Assembly: GCF_006345805.1 (NCBI RefSeq) | Contig: NC_043001.1 | Coordinates: forward strand, 111,166,001 to 111,230,000 | Length of the DNA: 64,000 bases | Origin: Octopus sinensis | Taxonomy: Eukaryota | Direction: 5' to 3' | Shown here: positions 25,472-37,359 of the stretch, piece by piece | Layout of the letters: every line of letters begins with the position of its first letter | How positions within the stretch are numbered: position 1 is the first letter of the stretch | Position numbers and translations under genes: made by a program | The notes under the pieces: model-generated | What the model saw: the letters and a program-made list of their open reading frames with translations, nothing else | Told to the model about the DNA's origin: nothing | Database searches by the model: none

Positions 25472-28240
25472 ACCCCAGGTCCTTTTTTCATACTCCAACT
25501 CGGTGTGTGACACACTAATTGTACATATAAGGCAACTTGGTGTAGTTGTGTGTGCTATATATCGCCCTCCAGATGCCCCGAGCCATGTAGGCAAGTTTGA
25601 AGACTGCCTTATACAAATAGAAGTTCTAGTCACATTAGAACAACACATAAGTGTACTTCTTATGGGAGACTTCAATCTACCCAATGTCAGATGGCCCGAG
25701 GGCCTTTCTCTCCCAGGAATGACACGATGTGAACGAGTACAGGCGAGGTCCCTCCTGAACCTCATCAACACCCTGTACATGGAATAAGTAATACTCCAAC
25801 CAACCAGGGCGGGTAACACACTGGATCACTGCTTCACAAATAATATGGATCTCATCCATAATGTGAAAGTGACACCGACACTACTCTCGGATCACAATAT
25901 GGTAGAGCTGACCATGTACGGGCCAAAGGAAAGCATGGACATGCAGCCTACAAGAAACTCTCAGAATCTTTCCAGCTTGAACTTCCATAAGACAAACTGG
26001 AAACAAATTGAGAAAGAGATCCTCAAACAAAACTGGCCTGAATGTCTCTCCTCACCAGACATCGACGTGAAACTTCAACAATTCATGTCTGTAATGCAAG
26101 CCATATGCTACAAATGTGTCCCAAGAACAAAATCCCCAGAGAGAGGAAAAGTTTAATGAGACGACGTACAAAAATTTCAAATCGCTGAAACAAACAACTT
26201 GAAAGCAGTGAAAAGTCCCGCCTGAAAATAAAACTGTTGGAAATTGAAAAATGTCTGCAACTCTCCCATGAAAAGGAAAGAGCACACAAAGAAGCCTGGG
26301 CTATAGACAACATAATATCTAACCCCAGAGCTTTCTACAGGTATGCCAAAGAAACAACTACGGTGCACTGTAGGATAGGGCCACGCCTTGAAAAGGATGG
26401 CACACTCACAGGAAATCCAATGAGGGTAAATGAAATACTGAATGAGCAATTCAAGAGTGTTTTCACTCCATCCCTTGGGCATTTCCAAATCACCAATCCA
26501 ACTGACTTCTTTACCACTGCAGATATAAAATCAGAGGCAGCGATGATTGATGACATCAATATAAAGGAAGCCGATGTAATAAAGGCTATAGATAAAATGA
26601 AAACTAACTCAGCTACTGGCCCCGATGGATTCCCGGCAATCCTTCTAAAAGAATGTAAGAGAGTCCTAGCAAGACCACTATTGTTCCTCTTTCAGAGCTT
26701 CCTTGCAACTGGCAAACTTCCAAGAAAACTGAAGGAAGGTAAGATATGCCCTATTCATAAAGGAGGTAGCAGAGCGGAGGCCAAGAACTACAGACCTATC
26801 TCTCTGACCTCACACATCAGCAAGGTCATGGAACGAATAGTCAGAAGGAAACTAATCACCTTCCTTGAAGAAAATGACTTGCTGCCTGACACCCAACATG
26901 GTTTCCAACCAGGAAGTAGCTGCTTAACTCAGCTCCTACAACACTATGACTGAGTGCTGAAACGACTGCTCAACCACTCAAATGTGGAAGTGATATATCT
27001 CGACTTTGCAAAGGCCTTTGATAAAGTCGATCATGGAATGATCTGTCACAAACTGCGTGATCTTAGCATACTTGGAGAACTGGGAGAATGGCTTCATGAC
27101 TTTCTGAAGGATAGAAGTCAGGTGGTAGTGGCCAATGTGGCCACTTCCATTAACACGCAAATAGTGAGCGGTGTTCCGCAGGGCACTGTTTTGGGACCAC
27201 TACTGTTCATAATGGCCCTCTCAGACATGCCTTCAGCCACGCAGAGAGCCACGATCACAAGTTATGCAGATGATACAAAAGTTTCACAGGCAATACAGAA
27301 CCCTGAAGACACTAATCACCTGCAATGTGAGCTGGGCAAAATATACAATTGGGCTGAAAAGAATAGCATGCAGTTCAATGCTGAAAAGTTTCAAGCTTTA
27401 TGCTATCAGCATGCAAAACTAAATGCAATACCCAATGAATACACTGGACCCGGAGGGATTGCAATCCCAGAGGCACAATTAGTGCGTGACCTGGGTATTT
27501 ACATGAGTGATGACGCAACCTTTTGTGCACATGTTGCTAAATTGGCAATGAAATGTAGACGACTGGCCGGATGGATTCTTAGAACCTCTAGAACAAGAGA
27601 ACAAGAAACCATGATGGTCCTCAGGAGGACACTTGTCCTAAGCCACTTTGACTATTGCACTCAGCTATGGTCACCATCCAGTGTCAAGTTGATCACAGAA
27701 CTTGAGGCGATCCAACGAAGCTACACGAAGAAGATAGCCTCTGTGCAGCATATAAGGTACTGGGAAAGACCCAAGAGATTAAAACTCTATTCCTTGGAGC
27801 GTAGGCGAGAAAGATATGCCATAATATATATCTGGAAGGACTTGTCCCAAACTTTGGCATCGAGAGTTACACAAATGCAAGAATTGGGCGCCACTGCGTA
27901 GAGCCAAGGACTCCAAATTTGCCATCAAGATGTAGGACAAGATACTGTGATAGCCTGGGCTTCAGAGGGCCACAGCTCTTCAATATCCTCCCGAAGAAGC
28001 TGAGGGACCTGCATGGGGTGGATGGGGATGTCTTTAAAGTAGGACTGCATCTCTTCCTGTCGGGTGTCACGGATGAACCAAGTTCACGGCAGGAGATGCA
28101 GATGAGGGCAACTGCATCGAACTCTCTCATGCACCAAATGGCAGTTGCTAAAAAGCATTCGTGAAGTAAAATCATGTAGCAACACCAAATGGCGGCGCCC
28201 CAGCATGGCCACAGCTTGTGAGCTGAAACAATATAAAATA
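25472..28240 (+). mobile_element. CR1-group LINE, 5'-truncated within the APE endonuclease; RT pseudogene with 3' stem-loop tail
   Basis: APE motifs AIYRPP, LMGDFNLP, TLDHCFTN, LSDHNMV. RT motifs ATGPDGFP, NYRPISLTS, YLDFAKAFDKVDH, SGVPQGTVLGPLLF, YADDTK. In-frame stops at 25785 and 26951; frameshifts near 26150 and 27840. Confidence 0.95.
26237..27901 (+). pseudogene. CR1-type reverse transcriptase domain (one in-frame TGA at 26951-26953)
   Basis: ORFs 26237-26953 and 26954-27901 are in the same frame and together span the RT subdomains. Confidence 0.92.
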
Positions 28241-28260
28241 TATATATATATATACATATA

Positions 28261-28673
28261 TACTCTTTACTCTTTTACTTGTTTCAGTCATTTGACTGCG
28301 GCCATGCTGGAGCACCGCCTTTAGTCGAGCAAATCGACCTCGGGACTTATTCTTTGTAAGCCCAGTATACTTATTCTATCGGTCTCTTTTGCCGAACCGC
28401 TAAGTGACGGGGACGTAAATACACCAGCATCGGTTGTCAACAATGCTAGGGGGACAATCACAGATACAAAAACATATGCACACACACTTATATATATATA
28501 TACATATATACGACAGGCTTCTTTCAGTTTCCGTCTACGAAATCCACTCACAAGGCATTGGTCGGCCCGGGGCTATAGCAGAAGATACTTGCCCAAGATG
28601 CCACGCAGTGGGACTGAACCCGGAAGCATATGGTTGGTTAGCAAGCTACTTACCACACAGCCACTCCTGCGCC
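28261..28673 (-). mobile_element. SINE family A, young full copy, inserted tail-to-tail in the CR1 (TA) tail
   Basis: Reverse complement closely matches 97-490 and 56393-56808. Confidence 0.92.
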
Positions 28674-28704
<31 letters not shown>

Positions 28705-28851
28705 TATATATATAAGAAAATAGTAAAGTGTGAAAAAACGACAGAAGGCTTAAATGTTAAAAAATATATATATTTGTGTCAAAATGTCTGGAGAATATTG
28801 GAAACATTTTTTTCCTTTCCTTAAAATGACATAATTTTAAAAAGTTTTAAA

Positions 28852-28887
28852 GAAATTACCGGTTTCGCGTGTAGCTTTTCAAATTTC
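28852..28887 (-). ncRNA. Decayed minimal hammerhead in the PLE 3' pseudo-LTR
   Basis: Minus strand: gaaat-TTGAAAA-gc tacac gc-GAAA-ccgg-TA-atttc. Stem I gaaat/atttc, palindromic stem III accggt, two substitutions relative to CTGAAGA. Confidence 0.55.
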
Positions 28888-29025
28888 TTGTGACGTTATG
28901 TTTATATTGCATGGAATTATCGTTGTTTTTATTTCCAGGAGATTTCTAAATAAGGGGAGGTTGTGAGGGATTTTATCCGGTGTAGGGGAGATAATCGCTT
29001 AAATTTTTTTTTTCCCTTTTCCTTG

Positions 29026-31449
29026 TTAATTTCTCTGTGTCAGTATGTTCGGATGGTTGAGTCTGGGTTTGTACTTTTCAATGAAGAATGTTTCCTTGTT
29101 CAGTCTCATTTGTGTTGATGATCCGAAAGCACATTGGTAAAATGGGAAGATTAAAAATTGTGGCAGTAGTTGCTTTGCGCATTTCTCAATGTGCTCACTA
29201 AAAGGTATCATTCTATATTCTGGGAATGCAATCTGTTGTCGATGCAGTGTGCATCTGCGCCTGAGTGATAGTCCCGTGGAACCCACGTAGTCTTGGTGGC
29301 AGCCCGAGCATTTAATAACATAAATTATGTTTTCAGAGGCACAAGTAAAGTTAGATTTGATCTTAAATTTCTGTCCCTCTTTAAAGAAGAATTCTGATCC
29401 TTCCAATAGGTTAGGACATGTTGCACAGTTCGATCTACCACATTTTTTTACTTTTGCATCCGTAATTTTAGAAGACAATTTTGCCTTTGTGAGAATCTTT
29501 TTAAGTGATTTAGGCTGTTTGTAGCTTTTAATGATTTGGTGTATGTTTAGAATTTCCTTTAATTTTGGGTTTTTATGAAGTATTGGTAAATTCTGGGTGA
29601 TGATGGTGAAGGCTTCTTTGTTTCTGGGGTTGTATGTAGATATGTAAGGTAGTATTTTCGGGGAAGGTGTGTTGTTGTGTTGAACTTTTCTTAAAGTTTC
29701 TATGTTGATTTCTGTTGCACGTCTGATCCCATCCTCTATGAGTTGAGCTGGGTAATGTCTGTCAATTAGGGTGTTTTTGAGTTCTTGCAGTCTAAAGTTC
29801 CTGGTATTTTGTTCTGACACTATTGTGCATATCCTTCTTGCAAGGTTGAAGGGGATGTTTGTTTTAGTGTGTCTTGGGTGGCATGAATTAAAACGAAGGT
29901 ATTGTTTGGCGTCTGTGGCTTTGTAAAAAATGTCTGTTTCTTTTTTAAGGTTAATTTTTTTAATTAGTATATCCAAGAACGGGAGCTCCTTTTGGTTGTA
30001 TTCCATTGTGAACTGTATATTTGGGTTTATGCTGTTCAATAGGTTTTTAAATTTTAGGAGTTTATCTATGTTTTCATTCGAGAGAATGAAACAATCGTCT
30101 AGGAATCGTTTCCAATTCTCTTTTATGTATTGAGAGAGGGAGTTTCCAAAGATTGATAGAGATTCCTGGTAAATGATTATTTCCATGTATCCCATTGTTA
30201 AGTTCGCAATGACTGGTGCTGCCCTTGTACCCATAGCAATTCCGGATTTTTGACGGTAAAATGTATTGTCAAACATGAAGTGGTTATTGTGTAGGATGTA
30301 TTCAATTGATTTAGTAATGAATTCCTTACTGATCCTTTTTGGTATTTCTTCCGGAAATTGGTCTAACCAGAATTGTATTGCCTCCAGTCCATAATTATGA
30401 GGTATACTGGTATACAAGTTGACTACATCAAATGAAACCAGGATTGTTTCTTCCTTGGTTTTTTTTGGGAGGTGGTTTAACATATCTAAGTCATCTCTGA
30501 TATGGCTATCGATATGTTTAAGGAAGGGTTTCAAGAGGATGTCCATAAGTAGACTTAGTCTGTGTGTTTCACAGGTTGGGCCAGCTACAATGGGTCGTAG
30601 TTTTAGGTCCCCCGGATTAGGTGTGTGTATGTATGTCTTAATGGTTTCATTTATAATTTGACTTTTATGAATTTTTGGCAGACCATAGAAAAGGCTAGGT
30701 TTGCATTTAAAGTTTGTTAGGAAATCAATCTCTTTGGTTGTCAGTTCCTTTTCATGGGTTTTAATTAGTGAAGATAGAGTTTTCATTATTTTTTGTGGGG
30801 TGTAGTTGGTAATTTTTTCATAATGTAGGTCTTCATCAAGCAAGGAAATTACAAGATTTCTGCAGTATGATGTATCCATTATTACAACTGCATTTCCCTT
30901 GTCCGCTTCCTTAATGGTTATATCTTCATCATTTTGGAGTTCTATCAGTTCTTTCCATTGTGTAGTGTTAAAATTTGGGTTAGCTTTCTGTTTATGTATA
31001 GTATGGTAGGGGAAGTTCTCAATGTGGTTACAGAATTCGTCAAGATCTTTATTTCTTCCTCTGTGTGGGATGTGTTCACTTTTGTTCTTGACTAGTGATT
31101 CATCTTCAGTATTGAAACTGTTTGATGCTTCTGCTAGTCTTAATTTTCTGCAAAATTCTGTTATATTATCCTTGAGTTCATTTAGGTTTGCTCTGCGTGG
31201 AGTTGGTGTAAATTTGAGCCCTTTTGCGAGGATGTCAATTTTTATGTTAGAAAGAGGTTTGGTTGAAAGATTGATTATCTTCGGTTTTTCCTTATTACTA
31301 GGTTCCAGCCTGTGTCCTGGTGTCCCTGGTCCCTGGCTAAAAAATGTTGGGTGTAATTTTGTTTGTATGAGTTGTCTGTGAGGTTGTGTGGTATTTGGTC
31401 GGGGGAGTGGTGGTATTGTTGCCTCCGATCGTTGTGTGTGTGTGGGAAT
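29026..31449 (-). CDS. Penelope-like RT + GIY-YIG endonuclease; open frame of 808 codons including the stop (first ATG at 30879)
   Basis: Manual reading shows no stop from 31449 to 29026. Motifs: INLS..LAKGLKFTPTP, IKEADKGNAVVIMD, FYGLPKIHK, LRPIV, SFDVVNLYTSIP, GIAMGT, WKRFLDDCF, ELPFLD, CGRSNCATC linker, NIIYVIKCSGCHQDYVGST..LRRR..H. Confidence 0.92.
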   Translation of the reverse strand: MPTHTQRSEATIPPLPRPNTTQPHRQLIQTKLHPTFFSQGPGTPGHRLEPSNKEKPKIINLSTKPLSNIKIDILAKGLKFTPTPRRANLNELKDNITEFCRKLRLAEASNSFNTEDESLVKNKSEHIPHRGRNKDLDEFCNHIENFPYHTIHKQKANPNFNTTQWKELIELQNDEDITIKEADKGNAVVIMDTSYCRNLVISLLDEDLHYEKITNYTPQKIMKTLSSLIKTHEKELTTKEIDFLTNFKCKPSLFYGLPKIHKSQIINETIKTYIHTPNPGDLKLRPIVAGPTCETHRLSLLMDILLKPFLKHIDSHIRDDLDMLNHLPKKTKEETILVSFDVVNLYTSIPHNYGLEAIQFWLDQFPEEIPKRISKEFITKSIEYILHNNHFMFDNTFYRQKSGIAMGTRAAPVIANLTMGYMEIIIYQESLSIFGNSLSQYIKENWKRFLDDCFILSNENIDKLLKFKNLLNSINPNIQFTMEYNQKELPFLDILIKKINLKKETDIFYKATDAKQYLRFNSCHPRHTKTNIPFNLARRICTIVSEQNTRNFRLQELKNTLIDRHYPAQLIEDGIRRATEINIETLRKVQHNNTPSPKILPYISTYNPRNKEAFTIITQNLPILHKNPKLKEILNIHQIIKSYKQPKSLKKILTKAKLSSKITDAKVKKCGRSNCATCPNLLEGSEFFFKEGQKFKIKSNFTCASENIIYVIKCSGCHQDYVGSTGLSLRRRCTLHRQQIAFPEYRMIPFSEHIEKCAKQLLPQFLIFPFYQCAFGSSTQMRLNKETFFIEKYKPRLNHPNILTQRN

Positions 31450-32122
31450 CTATGGTTGTTAATGCTTGTGGTGTGTGTAAAATTTCTGTATGGGGAATAT
31501 TTTTGTTTCGAACTTCTTGTATGTGGGATGTTGCTTGACATAGTGTTTCTTTGCGTTTGTCTTGTGTTTAGTGGGGACCAGTAGTTTTGGTTCATGGGGT
31601 AGTAGTGATTTGTGTGTGGTGTATTTCTTATCCTAGTGTCGTATTGTGCTGTATGGTGGTTGGGTCTGGTATTAGGATGTTGTTGGTTTGTTCTGTTTTT
31701 GGTGTAATTTCTTTCATAGACGCGTCCTCTTTCAGCTAGTTCCCTGTTAGGTCTAGCGTGGTTTGTAAAGGTTGGTTGTGGGTGATTTCTGTTTTTAGTG
31801 TATGGAGGATAGTTGGGGGTTGTTCGTGGGTTGTTAGGTTTTCTTTTTTATTTATTGTAATTTTCTTAAGGAAGGGATTATTTGTACCCAATTCATTTTT
31901 GAAGGTTTCACTATATTTTGGAGGAAGTCCATGTTTTTCTCCCAGCGTAGGAGAGAATTTCTCTCTTCTCTCTCACAGGAATCCTTCCAGTGATCCAATG
32001 TATTATCGAGGGGTTGTCCCTCGGTATATTTTAGTATTAGATTGTGCATCTCCTCGTCTATGCTTTTAAGCTTTTCTTCATTTGTGGAGGCCCTGAGTCT
32101 TACCAAACAAACTTTCTTATCT

Positions 32123-32198
<76 letters not shown>

Positions 32199-32539
32199 AC
32201 GTAACATAAGAGGTACACACAATTAGTTCACAGATTGATTTCCTGCTTTAGCACCAACTTGAACTATAAATAAAAATATGCCTCTCTAACTGAGGATTGC
32301 CTATAAACAATGTTTCAGTCTATTTGGTACATGCATCATAAAATAATGGTAATGACAGGAAAGTAAGTTGGTATCTCAGTAGTCAGATTATGACATTTAA
32401 ATATTTATATGTGCATGCAAACCGAAAGGAGAAAATTTTTTTTTCTATATAAGTATATAAATTACATTATCTAATTAGATACAGTTTGTCTGCCTGTCTC
32501 TAATCTAGTATACAAACTAGCATAATATATATGCATAAA

Positions 32540-32594
<55 letters not shown>

Positions 32595-34641
32595 AGTAAG
32601 AGAAGATATATATATATATATATATAATATATATATATATTTATGTATAAGGCAGCACATATTTTGCTTGGTATATCTACAAGAATTGTAACAGAAAAAT
32701 CAAGTTATCTTCAATTTTTGTAATGCATTATAAATATCGTAGGATAGATTTGAAATTACGTTCACTGCATAAAACATTAATTCAGTTTATAGTAGGTGAC
32801 CTACTCCAGATAACAACCATACTCATTTCCCAAAATATCCATTCCCTTTGGGAGTTTCAAGTCACTCTGCAAAATGAAACATATTACAATTCTTTAAAAT
32901 AGTGCCTTCATTGTAATGAAATTCCAAAACCAAAAACAAAATAAAGATATAATAATAATAATAATAATGTATAAATTGCTACGTAATATATGTAAGATCA
33001 ATTCCCAGTGGTGCTGGCAATGCATTTTGATTCCGCTCATGTCAGATGAATTAAGCGTTATTAAACTATTAGAATGTACCCGTTTCAACTTGTAATTTCT
33101 GAACTTTGCTCACTAAACGCAATATTTATTTACATTAAGAAAGTTATACGTTCATTTATTGTTTAATCCGATGTCAGATCTGATCAATTAAATTTACGAC
33201 CGTAGGCGCTAAAAATATGTCTACTCCGTATGTTTTCAGTCCTAGTATCTCTTGGGCATGAGTTACAAAACCCTATTTCTTTATAAGATGATAGGTTATA
33301 TATCATTAAGAGATTTAGCTGCTATTTCTAGCAGGCAGCATGGGGGTGTTGATATTTTATTTCTTAAACGTGATTGAGATATGCTATAGGAAGATTAATC
33401 ATGAACAAGTATAGGAGCTCCAATGTCATCTTGTCGTATTTCTTCTTTTCTACAACGCAGAATCTTCTCTCTTTCTCCCCCAGAATCTCGTTGGCCACGA
33501 TCAAAGATGCTTTCCTGGCAAATTCCATTGGATTCGGATCCCATTACCCAAATTAATGCTAACAATGTCACTCTCAAATCATTAACACCATTGATGATAC
33601 TAGAATATACATCAAGTCGACAGATACACAGCACTCAGCTTGTCGTATTTGTTCTACCTTATAACACAGAGTGCTCTCCCTTTGTTTGAAGGTAAGTATA
33701 TAATATTCCTTGAACGTTGAGGGGGGAATTGTGATTCAGAGAGTTAATAGGATGAAGCGGAATGTTTAAAAATGATGTTTAAAATGAAATGTTTGTCTCA
33801 TTCGTTTCGCATTTAGTTCGGGTTAAAAAAAAAAAGAGGAGTGAGATGAATTTTCAGTTGGAATGTGGGGCAACTAGTTATGGTCATACTGCAGAAAAAG
33901 CTAGAGATAGTTAGTGGAGGATGCGGAGGTTGGCTTCAGATATGATATCCGTTTTAATTGCTAATCTGTGCTGCAAAAGTTAGCTTTTATATCAATATTT
34001 AGCTTGTCAATATATCGCTGAATTAAATGAATTTGATACCAAGATTTAATAGATGTCTCTCCTTGGTTGATATGGTACTAAGTAGATCTGATATCTAGTT
34101 TTTTTGTAATATGCAGTCATGTATGTGATGTTAGAAGCAGAATTGTAGTTGCTATCGTTTGCATCGTTTTCGTTATATCAATGGTCTGATGATGACGGTT
34201 ATGTACCTGTCAAGGTTATGTACATAGCAGTATCTGCGCTGTTGTTAAGCATTTCAGAGTGAATTTGAAAGGATGAATTGGTGGAATAATATTCAAATCC
34301 AACGGCATGTGCGTGCAACTTATCTTTTATCATGATCGATGCCTATGAGGGGGCAATTATTAAACAAGTCGAATGAATATAATAGAGATAAGTTTGGAAG
34401 CCGTTTAACTTTTACATCAGGGGTTGTTATTGCTTTCATTAAATTGTAAATTCGCATGCCTTATTTTTAATCACAAAATGTTAATGAAATTAGGCGAATT
34501 TGTAAATTACCTTGTTCGAAGCAATCAGGAGGTCAGTATTTTTATAGCGATAGTCAGAATGTGTTACTGGTAGGTTTTATTCAAATTAATCTTCCAGCAG
34601 CTCTTAGCCTGTACCATTAGCAAGATCAAACAACATATTGA

Positions 34642-34862
34642 TTTCAAATTTTGACAGAAGTCCAGCAATTTCATGGGACGGGATAAGTTGATTTCATTGT
34701 ACCCAGCACTGAACCAATACATATTTCATCAACCTCTAAAGGATGGAAGGCAAACTCGACCTCGACAGAATTTGAACTCAGAACATAAACACGGACGATA
34801 TTCAGCAAAGCATTTTGCATTTTATCCTGCATGCTAAATATTCTGCGTGGTCATCGCCCTAA
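34642..34862 (-). mobile_element. SINE family C, diverged
   Basis: Reverse complement of the head and of gagttcaaattctgtcgaggtcgagtttgccttccatcct. Confidence 0.65.
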
Positions 34863-35993
34863 GTTTCAACAATATATTGAAAACTGAAATAAGCTGCAAC
34901 TAGCTTATTCGCTGCTAGAGGAATGTTATCCTGGTTATGCAGAAAAAAAAATAAAATAAAACCTTCATATAATCGCTATAGAATATAGACATCCGATCAC
35001 AACACCAAATCTGTGATGATTTGCATCAAATTGTTCTGCATCCTGAAATACTAAAGTACAGAATAAAAGTAGAAACTATTGACTTTTAATATTGTCAATA
35101 ACTTGCATTGATTTGGCTTCCGGGAAGCTAAAGGTAAACTTATACAGTGTGGAATAAATTAGATTTACATGTTTGCATTAATTAGCATCCTACGCATTGA
35201 AAAACATAGTTGCGCAAATAAAGAACGTTAGTTCATCAGATCACCAGAGCAAGATTCAAACCAACGATTTAACTCGGAATACAATTGCTGGACTTATTGA
35301 ACATTTTTAACCACAGCGGTACTTATCGACAAGTCAGACCAGAGGAATTGAAAGAATCGACGTCATACAGAGACAGTACGTTATTTTAATGACTCCGTAA
35401 TGACAACGGTCAGAGTTGACCTCGATGGATTTTATGTCCAGAACCTTAAGCCATTTTTGTAAAATTAGACGAATGGTTACATGACATCGTATGAGTTACG
35501 TGTTTTGCACTAGCAGTCAATACTTTCTCCTGAAAGGAAAAGAAAAAAAAGAACATCCAGTGGTTTCTCTCAGGTCACAATTTCGGAATAATTTTTTTTA
35601 TTCGTAGTGAAATTCTCTGACATTGAACCGGTTACTATTATAGGGTATGATAATGAAACGAACGAACGAGAAGCAAGTAAAACATTTCACATTAAAAGCC
35701 TATAACAAAAGAAAACGACAATATCTTAGAGGGTTGAAAAGCTTGCAGTCTTATCTTTGCGAATTCTACACTTTGAGACATTAGGTTACATTGGAGAAGT
35801 AGGAATGGAAATCACACAGCTAAGTAAACTGTGTGAGAGAAAACCAAAAACGAAAGATGTGGTTATATTCATTGGACAAAGCAGAGTTATATTAAATAGC
35901 CCTGTAGTATTTTTATAATCAAAAGTATGTAGCTAAAATGTCCACAATGATTTATAGAACCGTTACTGTGTGACAATAAATATTGGTGCTAAT

Positions 35994-36370
35994 GCGACAA
36001 GCTGACAGAAACGTCAGTACGCCGGGCGAAATGCGTAGCCGTATTTCGTCTGCCGTTACGTTCTGAGTTCAAATTCCGCCAAGGTCGACTTTGCCTTTCA
36101 TCATTTCGGGTTCGCACTGGGGTCGATATAATCAACTTAATCCGTTTGTCTGTCCTTGTTTGTCCTCTCTGTGTTTAGCCCCTTGTGGGTAGTAAAGAAA
36201 TAGGTATTTCGTATGTCATTACGTTCTCAGTTCAAATTCCACCGAGGCCGACTTTGCCTTTCATCCTTTCGGGGTCGATAAATTAAGTTCTAATTGCGTA
36301 CTGGGATCGAACTAATCGACTGGACCCCTCCTCCAAAATTTCAGGATTTGTGCCTAGAGTAGAAAAGAAG
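35994..36370 (+). mobile_element. SINE family C dimer (full copy plus internally re-started copy with a different tail)
   Basis: Two central domains, at ~36085-36125 and ~36250-36310. Confidence 0.85.
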
Positions 36371-36849
36371 AAATATTGGTGCTTTCATAACATTTTAGAA
36401 ATGTAAATGTCTAAATCATGACAGAAGCTCTCGGAAAATAATGTTTTCGAAGACAATTATTTTCTTTGAAAATATTGTTTATAACGTTCATTATATTAAC
36501 TGTAAATCGTTTTTGTGCAGAAACAATAGCACGAAACATTTTATTTGTAATAATAATAGTTAGTTTTAGCTTCATTGCACAAGAAAAACATAAACACGAA
36601 ATCTATTGTTCTTAATGAAGATTTTAAAGTGTCGTTCAGTGCACCGTTCTCATTCATTGCGTAATATATTTATGTTAATCTGTTTCCATTTGTATAGTCA
36701 AACATATATTACATACCGGCTGATCCAATGTTTTGTCGGTACTACCTGTTAGTCGTTACCGGATCGCAAGTTTCAGAAAACCAAAACGATTAATTTACTT
36801 AGTTAAATTCAGTCCATACCTATATAAACTATGATAGTTTAGCACTTAT

Positions 36850-36993
36850 ACTATAGGTCTCTTTTGCCGAAACGCGAGGTTACGCAGACTTAAACACACC
36901 AGCATCAGTTGTCAAGCGATGTTGGGGGGGACAAACACAGACACAGAAACATACACATACAAAAAGACACACACACACACACACACACACACA

Positions 36994-37077
<84 letters not shown>

Positions 37078-37240
37078 CATATATACGACGGGCTTCTTTC
37101 AGTTTCAGTCTACCAAATCTACTCACAAGGCTTTGGTCTGCCCAAGGCTATAGTAGAAGACACTTGTCAAGGTGCCACGCAGTGGGACTGAACCTTGAAC
37201 TATGTGGTTCGTAAGCAAGCTACTTACCACACACCCACCC
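36850..37240 (-). mobile_element. SINE family A with internal (CA)n/(TA)n
   Basis: Reverse complement of the family A body and head. Confidence 0.85.
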
Positions 37241-37359
37241 ATACATATATATGTCTTAGCACGACCCTTGGACACGTGAGTGAGTTATTCAAACTCCAAA
37301 GAATTCCCCTTAATGCATGGCTGTGGTGCTAGTAATCAGAGAGAGACACATATCATCAC

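Larger units (their letters stand above)
28713..32122 (-). mobile_element. Penelope-like retroelement (Neptune-type), flanked by (TA)n on both sides
   Basis: Contains an RT+GIY-YIG ORF, an upstream N-terminal coding remnant (31852-32106, same frame) and a 3' non-coding region with a decayed hammerhead. Confidence 0.9.

Noticed and set aside
31852-32106. Independent small gene upstream of the PLE ORF
   Set aside because: Starts at TTG beside a TA tract and is in frame with the PLE ORF; better explained as the truncated PLE N-terminus
33484-33691. Possible host exon (ctttctccccCAG acceptor and GAAG|gtaagt donor)
   Set aside because: All three frames contain a stop and no protein family is recognisable; a non-coding exon cannot be excluded without RNA-seq
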